A DNA stretch of 63,214 bases, filler included, from Salisapilia sapeloensis CBS 127946 (lineage: Eukaryota > Protista > Oomycota), in NCBI GenBank assembly GCA_023334545.1. It is 10 parts of 10 records of this genome, joined end to end, with 100 filler letters (N's around TTAATTAATTAA, not from the genome) between each part and the next. Parts side by side here need not be neighbours in the genome. Positions count along the whole stretch, not along the records: positions 22,070 to 40,137 come from JAADVB010000326.1; 9 more parts are not named here. One strand, given 5' to 3'. Numbering within the stretch: the stretch's first letter is position 1; every line of letters begins with the position of its first letter. Below, piece after piece: positions 22,345 to 35,448 of this stretch. The notes under the pieces were generated by a model, which did not search any database, was not told the DNA's origin, and worked only from the letters and a program-made list of their open reading frames with translations. Position numbers and translations under genes: made by a program.

Positions 22345-23742
22345 AATTGCAAGGTTATGGACTGTGGTCAACATACCGTAAATCACACCTTCATTTCCGT
22401 CCTCGACTAACTCGACTGTGATGTACGTGCCGATAATGAACTGAACGCCGTACGGGACCTCAACGACGATCGGAGGGCCAAGCCAGAACCATTGGCTTCG
22501 GAAGACATCCCAGATGGAGATCAGGGTAAAGCACGCGTCGATCGCCAGCATGAGCATGCCTGTCGCGACAGTCATGATGCGCCAGTCCCATCCGAGTCCC
22601 CATTTACTAGTAACCATAATACCAACGAGGAAGGTAACTTTTCCTAGTACACTCGCGATGGTGTTGTTGATAGGAGTGACGCCAATCATGTAGAGCTGAA
22701 CGGGGCTGGATGCCGTCATGCTGAAGCTGCTGAAGAAAGAGGCGAAGAAGTTGTAGAAGACAATCTGGTAGATAGCACGCGTCCTGACCATACGCCAGAA
22801 GTCCTTGATATATCCCTTAAAGTTTAGCTTCTCGCGCTTCTCTTCGTTGATGTAGAACCAAGTTGCAGGGATGACCGGAGCCAAACAGCAAGCGAGAATG
22901 AGCATCAATTGAGGGAAGCTGAGCGATCCACTGAAATCACCACCATAATCCTCGCCGTTGAAGGCAAAACCGGTGAGGAGAACACCAATAAGCTGAAAAA
23001 CCGTTCGGACAGAATAGATCGCGGATTGGACCTTACCACGGGTCTCGAGCGGTTCGCGTTGAGCAAGCTCAGACATGCAAGAGTCAGCAGCAACATCAGC
23101 CATCAAATAACCGACAGCAGCAAGCATCATAAGTACGATGTACTTGCCAGCTTGATCCGGAGCAGACTTGTTGAAGCGTTGCTCGATGCCTTCGTGCAGG
23201 TGGTACTCCGTCGGATCAATCTTCCGGTCAGCTGGATCGAGGAAGTATGGTTCACCAACCGGAATGGCAGCCATAACAATGAGCATAACCAAGCAGATAG
23301 ACCATCCGAGGGCCATGTATGGTCGACGACGGTAGCCACAGATCGGTACACAATCCGAGAGCATACCGTAGAAAATTTTGAACGACCAAGGCAAGGTTAC
23401 CAAAGCATCTGCAGCGAGGTAGACGGTACCTTCGGAGTTCAGGTACGCCTGGAGGAACGGGTAGAGCGTGGCAGGAATCACACCGTAGATAAGACCAACC
23501 GCTGCGTATTGGATCGGGATACCAATGTACTGCCTACTGAAGATTTCTGGGTTTCCACCAGGACGCAGAGCACCATCTTCTTGAATGTCATGTTGAACAA
23601 CAGCATCACGCACAGGCGTCTTAACTTGTTCATAGCCACTTTCAGCGTCCTTGTGCTTAGACACTTCACTAGCGTAAGAGAGACGAGCAGCGATCTCTGC
23701 TTTGTCACCACCGTGCTTGGCGTCACCAACGGGTCCGGCCAT
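22070..23742 (-). CDS. Folate-biopterin transporter family (FBT/BT1, MFS) protein, 3' truncated by contig end
   Basis: LPWSFKIFYGMLSDCVPICGYRRRPYM, ADVAAD, QREPLETRG, EG.IYGMLTTVHNLAIP; multiple TM helices. Confidence 0.88.
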
Positions 23743-25185
23743 CACTGTCTTGCTTCTTGGAGTAGGGGCTTGTGAGGAAGGCAGGAAGTTCGGGAATGAC
23801 AAGATGGACTAAGCGCGAATGCGAGGGGAATCAGAAAGCTGGAGCGAACGGACGGTAATCTGGCCTTTAATCGATCCAACAATACGAACCCAGCACATCC
23901 TCTCTCAGGTCGTGCCACTAAGGTCAGACTGCACGAACATTGTGGTGCAGAAACTGGATGTCGTTTCCCGTTGCTCATAATTGCGCACTAGGTGCTGTGA
24001 GATCGGTTTGGTGCATAGTGAAGGCAAAGCGGTGAAAACTGATATAGGTGTCGTTAAGGCGGTGCACCATCGCAGATGTGTTAATGGTAGAGGATGCGCT
24101 CAAAAGCATCTACATCGGAGACCTCTAGCACAGCTAATATGGTGGCAAAGGTAGTTGATAGGAGAGACTAATCGAATTACTGCATGTAGTCGATTGCATG
24201 AAGTTATGCGGGACTGTCAGGGTTTCTAATCAATCCAGATTTCGCTTTTATTAGATGGAGGATGCTTCAGTATTTGACGGTGTTTATGCACGTGACGGAT
24301 CTACTCCCCCGATTTATCATCTACTCTTAAGAAACGACTTATCGAAAGATTGCAACTGTTTCAAGAGATATGGAAACCAAGAGGAGAATTTGTAAGTCCG
24401 ATTTATGTAAGCTCTGACCAGAGGGGCTTAAAATGGCCTAGGAAAAGATTTGCATCCCTCAACCTTCTGAGCGTGGACACTGAGGCTATCCCACTCTGTC
24501 GCCGAATGTGCCAGGCCATCCCGGAAGTGGCACTACTGTCCTATTCCCTTGTCGATGTGCAACGTGCCCTGGTCGCCCACCAGGCACGCTTTCAGCGCAT
24601 AGTACACTAAATATGAGCTTGAGGAGGTCCTAGTTGCAATCAGGCAATCGCAAGTACATCGGAAGCAACCTGCCAACTAAAGGCGAGAAAGCGTTTTGAG
24701 ATCAACTGCTAGTCCCAACCTCTTTGTTGCCTTATAGAGTGGGATCACGGAGCCCGACACGTATCTCAGCCTCTCAGATCGGCAGCGTTCACATGTAATT
24801 CTACTTGATTCCCATCTCTACATCTTACCTTGTTGCAAACCTATCAATGTCTTGTTTTGGGGGATGCTTTAAAGTAACCTTCGGTTCCACCTGTGCAACG
24901 TGCTGCTAGCAATCGAAATGACAATCGCTAGGACATGTTAAAAGAATTTGTTTGAATATAAAGCAATTAAGTTGCTATCTATTCATAATTACGACCCTGG
25001 TAACCCAGCAAGTATTCTTTCCAAGCTTTTCCGTATCCATTTCGACGTGAGATGGGACTTTTGGAGGGACGTCGACGCGTCCGACGTGTCTTTCGAAAGA
25101 AAAGAATACGAAAGAAAATATTCGCACTTGATCGAAATTACTTACACTGTTATCAAGCACAAACCATTCCAGTCGACTTAAGGCG

Positions 25186-28100
25186 ATGGACGATGTTGGC
25201 GAGCTGCTTCGTGCCAGCACAACGGATGTCGCCGCTGTACAGAAGTATCTACGCTCCATCGGTCATTCTGAAGTATACTCTCCATTATGTTTTTCTCTAC
25301 AGAGCTCCATTTGTCTAAAATAATCGCTCCTTGTCCTGATAGCTGACCGATTTATTGGATGGGTTTACATTAAGCAGTGGCAAGAAGAGCAATGAAAGTG
25401 CAGGTATATCAGGTGAGCAAGTGGATGAGAGGAATTGGCAAGCACTCATGCATCTCTTGTTACGAAATGATTTTTCCCGCCTAAAAGCGTCCACCAAGAT
25501 TCTACAGGTAAACTCTTCCCAATGCCCCTTCTATCTCCAGTACAAGTCCACTTGTACACTGGAGTACACTCTTATCTATTCAGTGGCAACTGACTAAGCT
25601 TTCATGCCAATTTTATTCCAATAGGCACTGTGCAAAGGCTCTCCGACGGAATCAGAAGCCATGCAATGGATAGCCGAAGTTTCCATCGGCTATATAAATG
25701 CGGGGGAGAATCAGAGCTCTACGTGGACCAAGTTTCAAGTCGAAGTACAGTCTCTAGTCGGCGCTCTTTTAAATCTATTGGAAGGTTTAATTGGTGAAAA
25801 CGACCGACGCCACTCGGACAAAGTCATTGCTCAGATCCTTGGACTTGTGCCAGTTGTCTTGTTCACGTCCATGGACCGAAACTCGTCACATGCAAGTAAC
25901 ATGGTTCATCATTTGCTAGGAGATCTATTGGAACAACCGTGGGACGCAACCAACGTCCACTTATTGCTAGAAGTGTTGCGTGAATGCGCCTCCCTCGTGT
26001 CCTCACTTGGATGGACACAGCTGCACGGTCAAGTCCGGAATCTGGTTTTGCCCGGAAGCTCAGGACACTCAGAGAAATCCTTGCAGACGCTACACGAGTG
26101 TCTGTCTGTAGCAGCAGTGACAGAGAATAGCGACTGGGTCCATTTAACTCGACAACTTTTCCAGCAGCTACCAGCTAATCTGCTCTCAGAGGCAGAGTTT
26201 GATCTCCAAATGGTACTTCGATGACCAATGTGCTGTAGCCGGTTAAATACTCATGTACTTGTTATAGACGTTGCAGCAGTATCCGACGCTGCTGTCATTA
26301 ATTCCCACGTCAGTCCAAGAATCCTTGGAAAACGCAGAAGACGGCAGAGCGAGTGATCTGCTGCTTCTCTTGCACTGTTTGAACGCGTCTCGACCGATTC
26401 TCACGCACCGTTCGTCCAGTCTACAAGGCTCGTCTGTCTTTTCAAGCGTAGAAAAGGTTGTGCTGGAACTAGTGCAAGACAGAGGTATTCTAGGCGGTGT
26501 GCTCCAGATTGGAGGCAAAAGTGTTTATGCGAGGGAATGGAAAGCAAGATTATTAATGGAGTTTGGGAGGGTGTGGTTGAAAAGCAAGAAGGATGTATCG
26601 CAGCAGATACTCCTCACCATCTTCCATGAAGCCCCAGAGATCCGGCGAGAGGTGCTTGAAACACTCATGGAGGGCTGTCGAGACGTCCAGACGAGACAGG
26701 TACGTCTACTTCTCCTTCTGATTGTGACTTCATAGTCTAATTGGTTCAGACAGGTTTGCATGCAGGTGTTTGGAACAGTCTTCCAACAAGAGAAAGAGCA
26801 GCTGTATGCACATGTAAGTGCAATTAAAGACTGGTTGCGTCTGCTTTTCCAAGACGCGTCGGAAGTAGCAAAGGAAGGCTTTTTACTCGTCTTTCGTCTC
26901 AGCCACACCCATCGAGATTTGTACCATGCCCAGATGATCTTCCTGCGTAAACTAGTTTCGTCCTCGAATCCGACGCACCAGTACTTTGCCTTTGACCTCT
27001 GGTGCTCTTTCCTGGAAGACGCGTCTACACCTCTGGACACCAGTCAAGAAGAAGAACTCGTATCGGCGTTGCAAAGCTGTCTCCAAGTGTGTGAGGATCT
27101 CCAGATCTTTTGTCTTGAACGACTCGTTGGGCTCTTTGCCTATAACTGTCTCTCGTCCTCCTCCACGAGTATCTTGTATAGCACAGTCTTCCAGTTGCTA
27201 CAGTCGTACCTTGTTCTACAGGACATCGATCGAGAAGAAGACGGAGCGTTCCCTCAAATCCAGACAAAACGTCTGACTAGCTGCTATCAAAAGGACACGA
27301 CCATCGATGGTGCCGTGCAACTAGGTATCGTCGTACAGCGAGCACTCGAGTGTTTACTGACGTGCAATCGCATGCTGGACGAGAAGGACGTTCACGGTCG
27401 ACTTTTGGACTTGCTCCAAGATAAAAAGAGTATCGGGCGATGGTGCAGTGTTTACTTGAAGCGAAAGGTCGTGGAGAAACAGGAGCAGTGGGACCAAATT
27501 GCAAGCATCAGTGTTGTCTCTGCTGTTTGTGGAGCAGGTCTCGTTCTAGCGGTAGGCAAAAATAGAAACAGCGCAGGTCGGACAGGTGCGAAAGGAAAGC
27601 AAAAGGGACGACTGCAGACATGGAGTCTCATGGAAACTGCCTTTGCCGTTCACCGAGCGCTCGTTGCGATGTGCAAGACGTATCATACGTGCTACAGTAA
27701 GCAAAAGAGAAAGTGTGAGGACGTCCTGAAGCCATTCTGGCGACCTCTGGATGGACATGTAGAAGCACTCGTAGGATACACGTTGGAGCTTATGACCAGC
27801 GAGCAACAGTCGGACTTACCGTCTATAGACACGATCAACTACCTCTTGGATCGGTGTAGTGAGACGAATGTCGAGTGTAAGGAGCAGACAGGTATGATTG
27901 AAACATTGGTGAAGCTCTACCTGGTCGTACGCAAGCCTGCGCTTGCCGACGTTGACGATACGACTATGCATTTTATGCAGTATGAAGAAGCAATAGTCTC
28001 GAGCTTCCATCCAGACGTCCGATACCTCGTTGTTTCTCCTCTATGTTCCTCTAGACTTGTCATGTTAGATCGAGAGCATGCACAGGACCTACTACGTCGC

Positions 28101-29474
28101 GTCTGCCGTGCTCTTTACCATACAATAGGAAAATGGATAGCGAGTGAGCAGGATGTGAATACGGAGCTACAAAGGGTGCTGAGTGAAGTGAATGGCGAGA
28201 CATCGGGTGCGAATGGCTGGATTGAACTCGCAGAAGCTTTCGCGAACGACCTATCTGCTGCTTTTGAAATTAGTGAAAGCTCCAAGTTGCATGTCGCTCT
28301 GGCACATTTGGTGAAGAGTCTTTTCAACCATGGTGTCCAGATACTGCCGAGTGGAGAAGATGCGTGCTGGCAGGTGATTGAGATTTGCTACGAAGTCGTC
28401 TGTGAGAATGCCGTGCAGCCGACAGCTTTGCTACGTGTGTTGCTGTCGGTGGCACTATCGCCTCAAGTCGTTCATCAAGCCAGTCTCGTTGGTGAGATGG
28501 TCGAAAGACTGGAAAGTACGTTGGCTGGATGCGGTTTCCAGTCGCTTGTGAAAGTGGTGGAGCCGGATGTGGAGGAAGGTCCTTTGACGCCAGTGAGAGG
28601 TCGGAAGCGACTGCGACAAATATCTGCTGTCGATCCTCCGGCGACTGCTCCTTTCGAGGAGGACGAAGAGATGCGGAAACCTCTTTTGACCACATCCAGC
28701 AGTCGCTCCGCTGCGCTTAGTTGTGTCGTGTTGGTGGTCGAAAGCATGCATGACCACTTGCTGCAACAGTTGAGCAATGGACAGGTGGAAGAAGGACTGA
28801 TACAGTATATTACCCAAGCGGAGAGAGTGATGAGCGACAGTCTCCTTAGCACAAAGCAGATTAGCAGTGTCGACTTGTGGAACAGTCGGATACTTGTCAA
28901 GGTGCTGGGTATCGTGGAGAATGTGGTCAGGCTGTGTAAGAAAGCAGCTCTTCTGATGAATGCCGTCGGTGTCGATAGTGGCATCCTGCTCATGGAAGAG
29001 GCAGTCAAGATGACGCTGGAGGGGAAGAAGTGGACGGAATGGATGAAGAACCATATCCAAGATGCCAGTCTGAAGCGAAAGGTATCGGCAACGTCACTCA
29101 AGGTCGATGTCTTCCTACTCGATGTGCCTCAAGTCGTGCAGTCTATCCGGAAGGAGGTATGTAGTTATCTCTATCTTTACTAGAGTTAAATTTAACTGTG
29201 AGTTTTGTCGTAGGTCAAGCTCGAGGATGCACATACGGAGCGATTGAAGACATTTGTCGGCCAAGTTACAGATATGGTTGCGTCGACTGGTCTTGTGAAT
29301 GGAAAGAAAGGTGTCAGTAAGAAAAGGCGGGGGATGGAAGGAATGGTGCCGTTGGTGGCGAAGAAGAAAAAGAAGAAGCGTCTGCGAAGTAGACACCCGT
29401 ATATTGACGAATTTTTGAGGGAAGAAGACGGTGGAGATGCGTATGTAGACTTGGAAGATTTTATCGATGCTTGA
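25186..29474 (+). CDS. FANCI: Fanconi anemia group I-like protein (multi-exon)
   Basis: Exons joined by short GT-AG introns. QILLTIFHEAPEIRREVLETL and MIFLRKLVSSSNPTHQYFAFDLWCSFL resemble FANCI solenoid motifs. All-helical; basic NLS-like stretch and acidic tail. Exon boundaries partly approximate. Confidence 0.65.
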
Positions 29475-29699
29475 TACCAAAGTAAAATGCAATACCTCGA
29501 GCTTTAATTGTATTTTTCTCGACTTAGTAGTAATTTCGCTTTAGATAATACTTCCCCTTGCTTGCATAGCATGCAGTGCTTTCCGATTGCGCATTTGAAT
29601 CTGAAATGGACGTCGCAAGGGTTTGCAGGCGGTTGGCTTGCTGCGATAGCAAATGCGACTCTCGTACCGCTTTCTACTCATCGCAACCACATTTATACC

Positions 29700-31197
29700 T
29701 CTACATGAAAATGCATAGATAAAAGCAGAAACCTGGAGCTCTTCTCCAGATTCTTCTAGAAGTTTAGGCTAGAGCGAGTTTACATCAGAATTAAGATAAT
29801 GTAATGAGTGAAATCGCATGTGGTAACCTGGACTAGTTTGAGCTTCGCAAAGATGAATTCTACCTCCTGAAGCAGTTCTTGCCGAGTCATTAGGTCGAAT
29901 CGAAGTCGATTAGTTCGCAGTGCCTGTCACATTCGTCAAAATTAGTTCAAGCAAGCATGGTTATCGATGCTTGATGTACTTCAGTAAACGCATCCCAAGT
30001 GACCATTTCGCTGTCGAAGATACTCTGGATCTTGTCATTGACTTGACCGGTCTCTAAAGGAGTAGCTTCATTTGCCTGAAAGCGTACGTCGTCGCAATAC
30101 AGAACAAAGCCTCGAGTGTTCAGGTACTGGACAAGCTCTGGAACTCGCTCAATTTGAATTCTACGAAGCAAAGAGGTCATGTTAAGCTCCCGGCTTTCAT
30201 TCAAGTACATACATACCCTTTTCCGCTTTCCTCTAGAATTCGAAACTGTTTACGTAGTGTCCCAATTTCCCATTCGTCTAGTGGGCCATACTTTAATCCG
30301 TTTTTTCGATCGGGCTCTGGAAGAGTGTCCAATGGTGCAACAGGTACCATGGGAAGGTCCGGCTTTAAGCTTTCTTGGTATTTTCGCTAGAAGCAATGCG
30401 TAAAGATAGACGTTCAGTGAAACATATATAGGATAAAATAAAGCACCGCACAACTTACATCCTCCTCAGCTTGTATAGCTTTTGCCTCTCGAAACATCTG
30501 CTTGACGAGCAATGAATCATGCCCACCTTCATTTGCTTTAACAGGATTTTGTTGATTTGACTTCGTTTGGTCCGCATGTTTCCGCTTGAACAACCTACAT
30601 GAGATGCTCACGATTAATCTCTTTTGCCAATAACACGAATTCGCTACCTATTAGCCTCGTATCTGTCATCTTCTGTAATAATATGACGATCAAAAGCATG
30701 GAGTGTTGGGATTGCGTGAATGACTTTCAATCGATAATTCTCTTCGGCTTCAATCGGGTTTCCGAAAAGATCGAGGTCGGTCAAGTGATGAAAATGACTA
30801 AGAATGTATAAAACTTCATCCAGCCCGCTCAGTTGATTGCCATAAAGACGTAGGCACTGCAGAAACTTAAAGTGACGAATAGAACTGCCTTGGAGAGAGC
30901 TGATTTTGTTATTGTGAGCGTAAAGCTGCTTTATTCGAAAGCATTGATCCAGCCCTTCTAAGCGTTCAATCTAGAGCAATTGTATATTAGTACTCGAAAG
31001 ACATATGCCATATTGGAACTTCTGCGTGAAACTTGTCCTACCTGGTTATCATTTATCCATAGCACTTCTATGTTCACAAATGCTTCAAAGTTTGCAATCC
31101 GACCGATATTTTTGTTGGCGAGATACATTTCAGTGCAGTCCTTCACATACTTGCGATTGCGAACTGGCAGCTCTGCAGCAGGGTCGGAGTCGACCAT
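29700..31197 (-). CDS. LRRC72-like SDS22-type LRR ciliary protein (multi-exon)
   Basis: CTEMYLANKNIGRIANFEAFVNIEVLWINDNQ / IERLEGLDQCFRIKQLYAHNNKI...LDLFGNPIEAEENYRLKVIHAIPTLHAFDRHII (LRRcap). 3' end approximate. Confidence 0.7.
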
Positions 31198-31340
31198 ATT
31201 CTAATCTTTTGCAATGACGTGGTAAGGTATTTGTGAGTGAAAATACCGTTGCGTCAGTTAAAGATAGTAAACTTTTTCATTTCCGAAATTAGCTTGCGCC
31301 AGAATCATTCGGCACAAAGCTCAGCTCTAGTAAATAAGCT

Positions 31341-32399
31341 ATGTTCGCAGGTTACAACAAGAACAATCACAAGGGAGCGTTAATAGGCAATTGGGTCGAA
31401 GAGGAAGCACTGCGTCACACTACCGGGTACTCACGCCGCAAAGTCCCAGCGTCAGGGCTACCAGCAGGTACGCACTAAAGAGGTTTCAATTGAGAAAGTT
31501 AAAGCTAACTACTGTACGCTACGCTTGCATTGACATCGTCACCTTTAGATCGAAAAGACGCTCACGATGAAGATACTTATCATCGGGTCATCGGTCACAC
31601 AAATGGCATATCGGACAACAACTTTCAAGTAGAAACTGCAACTGTTGATACTCATCGTCCATCCATCGCTCAACTTCGTGAAGCGCAACTGTACGAAGAG
31701 GCAAAGAGAATTAGACGGGAATCATTGGAGAGAAAGAAGAAAGAAGAAGCACAATCTAGCATTGTGACGACGGAAAACCGAGACTCGTTCAGAAACTTTG
31801 ACCCCAAAGTGCTCAACAGCATCAAGCGGATGACAATTGGTGATCGTCGTCCAGAGATAGTCGACCCAGCACTTGCTCAAATCACACGAGGTGAAGTAAA
31901 GAATCGCGATCAACAGACGATACAAGATCTCAGAGACACTCCAATAACTCGATACTCTCATTCTATTGCAACAGGAAAAGGTTTAGACTTTCCTTCGACA
32001 GTGTCAGATGGACCCAATCCATTCAGTCGGTCTAGTGCATTTACTAACGAGATCCGTGATCCTGATAAAACTCACGCCGAGTCAACTGAGCCAGCGTCTA
32101 TGTTTGACAACCACCCAGAGATGAATTGCCACCAGCGCTCTGCCCTCTTTAGACTACAAAAATTGCTCAAACAAGATGCAAATAAAACGAAGACACTACT
32201 AAATGAGTTAAAGCTTCATTTAGACCGAGACGCTATCCAGAAGAAGCATTTTATCCAAACGCTGATTGGCATATTAGGACAAGATGGATTGTCAGAGAAA
32301 GATGCAGTCTTTATTTTCATGTACTTTGATACATCAAACGCTGATGTGGCGAACATTGATGGTCTTTTGGATTACTGCAAGTCCTGCTCGGCAGAGTAG
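31341..32399 (+). CDS. Putative axonemal microtubule inner protein (GNWxEE motif) with C-terminal EF-hand-like region
   Basis: Exon 1 MFAGYNKNNHKGALIGNWVEEEALRH; intron after 31468; long exon 2 ends ...FIFMYFDTSNADVANIDGLLDYC. Confidence 0.6.
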
Positions 32400-32453
32400 T
32401 GAAGGGTTAGATTATTCATCGAGCGAAAAAGACTTTGGGCTAACACTCCCTGA

Positions 32454-33668
32454 TTAAAGCTGAATTGACTTTAAATTTAAGATTTTTACATAAAGTGGGG
32501 ACATGTTCGCTCGTAACAATGCAGATCCGTTTCCACTAGAGCGTGATGCCATTATTTCGTTTAGCTCTGTGACCGCAGTATCTGTTAGCGGTATATAATC
32601 AGATTCCTTTTTGCTACTTGCAGGAGCATTTACTCCCTTTGTAACACTCGTAGACGGTGGAAACTTTGACGCTTCCTCTGGTACTTCAGATTCAGTGTCG
32701 CAACTGGTATTGCCTGTTAAATTAGATGGCAGTACTTCTGCTTCGTATTTTGTGCCATTTAGTGAGTAACTTTCACCTGGATAATCGACCTGGTTATTCC
32801 CATCTGCCGATGCTACAGCTACTGCTTCTGCTTTTACTTCTGATTTTGCTTCAGTTTGTGCTTCATCAGGTTTTTGAAGCGATAGAATCGGCGCAATGTC
32901 AGCGACAGGCCCCCTCTTGCGAAAGCGCATTGGTGAAAGGCCTTCGATACCGTGATTTCTGTAGTATTCGGGAACTATCGGGTTGCACCATGATGGGCTA
33001 TACTTGCGTTGTGAAAAGAAAGCCTGGGGTGCTTTGGGCTTCGTGGCTTTGAACGCATTATAGTTCATATGGACTTCAGACGGATATCCAGATGTCTCCG
33101 TAACTTCCGGACGAGTAGGAAAAATAGTAGTGATACGCGGACTTGCTTTAACAAGACGATATTTCGGATCGTAGTGTGTCGGACCAATGTATGGTGGTCG
33201 ATTTGCTGTCGCAGGTCCTTCAAGTACGTTTCCTTCTTTATCACGAATAATGCGTGGTGTTTCGTGCCTCGGAAGCTCCAAAAGCTTTTTCTTTTGCCAG
33301 TTTCTCCATATTGTAATGCATAATGTATGTCCTTCTTCTTCATTAAGAATGCAGCCGTTCAATTGAAGAGTAACACTGTATAAACCTTCCCGGGGAAAAG
33401 ACGGAAGCTTGCATGTAACGCGTTCTGGCGATATATACGTTCCGACGGTTTGGACGATATAGCTTTTTTCTTCGCTTAATTTCTCTTCAGGATGCTCCTT
33501 GAAATGGATCTTGGTCTTGGCTGGCTGATAGGTGAATATAACGCTGAGCTCATGAGTTTCATACAGGCCACGCCCTTCGATTGAAACCACAAAGCCACCA
33601 TATATAGGACCGCTAATTGGCGATACAGACAGTAGATATGGCTCTTTGCGTTTAGCTTGGTCTTCCAT
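32454..33668 (-). CDS. IPT/TIG-domain protein
   Basis: PYLLSVSPISGPIYGGFVVSIEGRGL...YISPERVTCKLP...VTLQLNG; the rest is low complexity. Confidence 0.7.
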   Translation of the reverse strand: MEDQAKRKEPYLLSVSPISGPIYGGFVVSIEGRGLYETHELSVIFTYQPAKTKIHFKEHPEEKLSEEKSYIVQTVGTYISPERVTCKLPSFPREGLYSVTLQLNGCILNEEEGHTLCITIWRNWQKKKLLELPRHETPRIIRDKEGNVLEGPATANRPPYIGPTHYDPKYRLVKASPRITTIFPTRPEVTETSGYPSEVHMNYNAFKATKPKAPQAFFSQRKYSPSWCNPIVPEYYRNHGIEGLSPMRFRKRGPVADIAPILSLQKPDEAQTEAKSEVKAEAVAVASADGNNQVDYPGESYSLNGTKYEAEVLPSNLTGNTSCDTESEVPEEASKFPPSTSVTKGVNAPASSKKESDYIPLTDTAVTELNEIMASRSSGNGSALLRANMSPLYVKILNLKSIQL

Positions 33669-33997
33669 CTACCGCCAATAGTAGATTATACGATCAAATC
33701 TACACCGTTTGACGTAGCGTGGCGCATATATACTAATGTATTATCAACGTTTATTTATAGTACTCCTGTCTGCTCTGCAAGGAAGACTAAAAAGTATTCA
33801 TTTATACATAAATGCAATAAGTACATTTATTCCAATCAACCTGAAAAGCATGTAAGGACTGGAAGCATGTCATTTCCATGCTTGCAAACTTTTACAAGTA
33901 TAAAATATACTTAATATTACACGTATTAGGTTGGCCAATATTTATTCACAAGACGTTTAATTGGGCAAAATGTTCTGACAACAACTTCCGACACGAA

Positions 33998-34821
33998 ATG
34001 GAGGAAGCGGAAGCTGCTGCTGTTGCAGCTTTCCATGAGCAAATTATCCATCGTGTGTGTGCAAAATTTAAAGAGAACACCCCAGATGTGAATGCAGATG
34101 TCGTAGATCAACTAGAAAAGGTAACTTATATCATTGTATTCCAGGAGTTGCATGGGAATGATTTTGGAAGATCATTTAGACTTGGAAGCAGAGCTTGAAG
34201 GCGTATACGGGGAGTGTAAATGACGTTATAAGTGTCATTCAAGAGAAGATCAATAAAGACGCAACTGAGGAGCAAGCATCAGGTATAACGCAACCTACAA
34301 GTGAAAGAGTTGGAGTGAAGCGGAGGCGAGGACTGGATGATGACGCATCAACCACAACAATAACAACAGCCATGGACTCTACTCATCCAACTGCTACATC
34401 GACAGATATAATACCCGTCAATATGTTGCCCGTCAGCGATTTTCCTTCGACATTGGCGGCATACTGCAAAAAGATGAGTTACTCAAGACCAATACGAGCA
34501 TACCGCGGTACTCTAGAGTCTATTGTGCTTACCCGTGTTCGACCACTGGGACCAAAGGAAAGCCTTTGTGGGGGCGACATGTTGTGGGTTCCGCATAGCA
34601 AAGCACAGCTTGTCGATAATGACATCGGAGCTGATTTGACCGAAGACGGCTCAGATACATCCATTGGACTTGTCCAGTTCATTCGCGATGACCTTGAGAC
34701 TTCTAAATTGGTCGTAAAATCACCTCACGGGGAAGAAATCTATGCATGTAAAGCTCAAGTAAGACGCTTTCAGGAGCACATTATACAGCAAGGTGAAGTC
34801 ATTTGCAAGACAAATTCTTGA
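33998..34821 (+). CDS. Hypothetical protein with TFIIA-alpha-like N-terminal helices
   Basis: Exon 1 MEEAEAAAVAAFHEQIIHRVCAKFKENTPDVNADVVDQLEK; intron 34121-34179; exon 2 TWKQSLKAY... in frame with the 208-aa track ORF. Confidence 0.6.
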
Positions 34822-35448
34822 AGATTAAAGGTATTGCAAGCCATGCTGTACTCCAAAGAAAGTTTCAAACTAAATATGAGTGCTCTTTTGAAAAACGCCA
34901 CCGCTTCTATGAGTATTCTTGTCTAGGATTATGCAATCTGTCGGAAATCTGGATAAAGCGAAATTTGACCTAAAGTCATGGGCACGATGTAGTGGCAGGA
35001 TCTAACCTGCCATTTAGAGTCGCTTTTCCTATCATTGCACCTATGTTTTGTTGCAATGATCGAAGTGAAAACGAGCAAAAAAGCCTAGACGAAAGCTACC
35101 AAAGCAGGCGAAAGTAAATCCGTGTGCAAGTACAGTCTAGGAGATGGACAAAGCTTTAATAATAGAGATGTGTTGTTGATTAGGTTTACTTTATAGCACT
35201 TACTGTAACTTTTTATTTTAATGTACACTAAGAAAACTAGAAAAAAGAGTACATACATAACTTTGTTAAACGTGAACTATGTTATTTGTTTCAATAGCAA
35301 GTGAAAGTTAGATGAGCACTCACATTTCGATTTGAAGTGCTTCTTATGCAGACCGGATTGCATCTTGGTCATGTGAATAGTTAGAGTTGTCATCTAACAA
35401 ATTGAGAAACGTTAATGGGATGTTAGAAGCCTCTGCAGTGTGAATGCT

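Noticed and set aside
24350-25180. Fragmentary ORFs between FBT and FANCI
   Set aside because: Stops in all frames and no identifiable transposase or gene motif.
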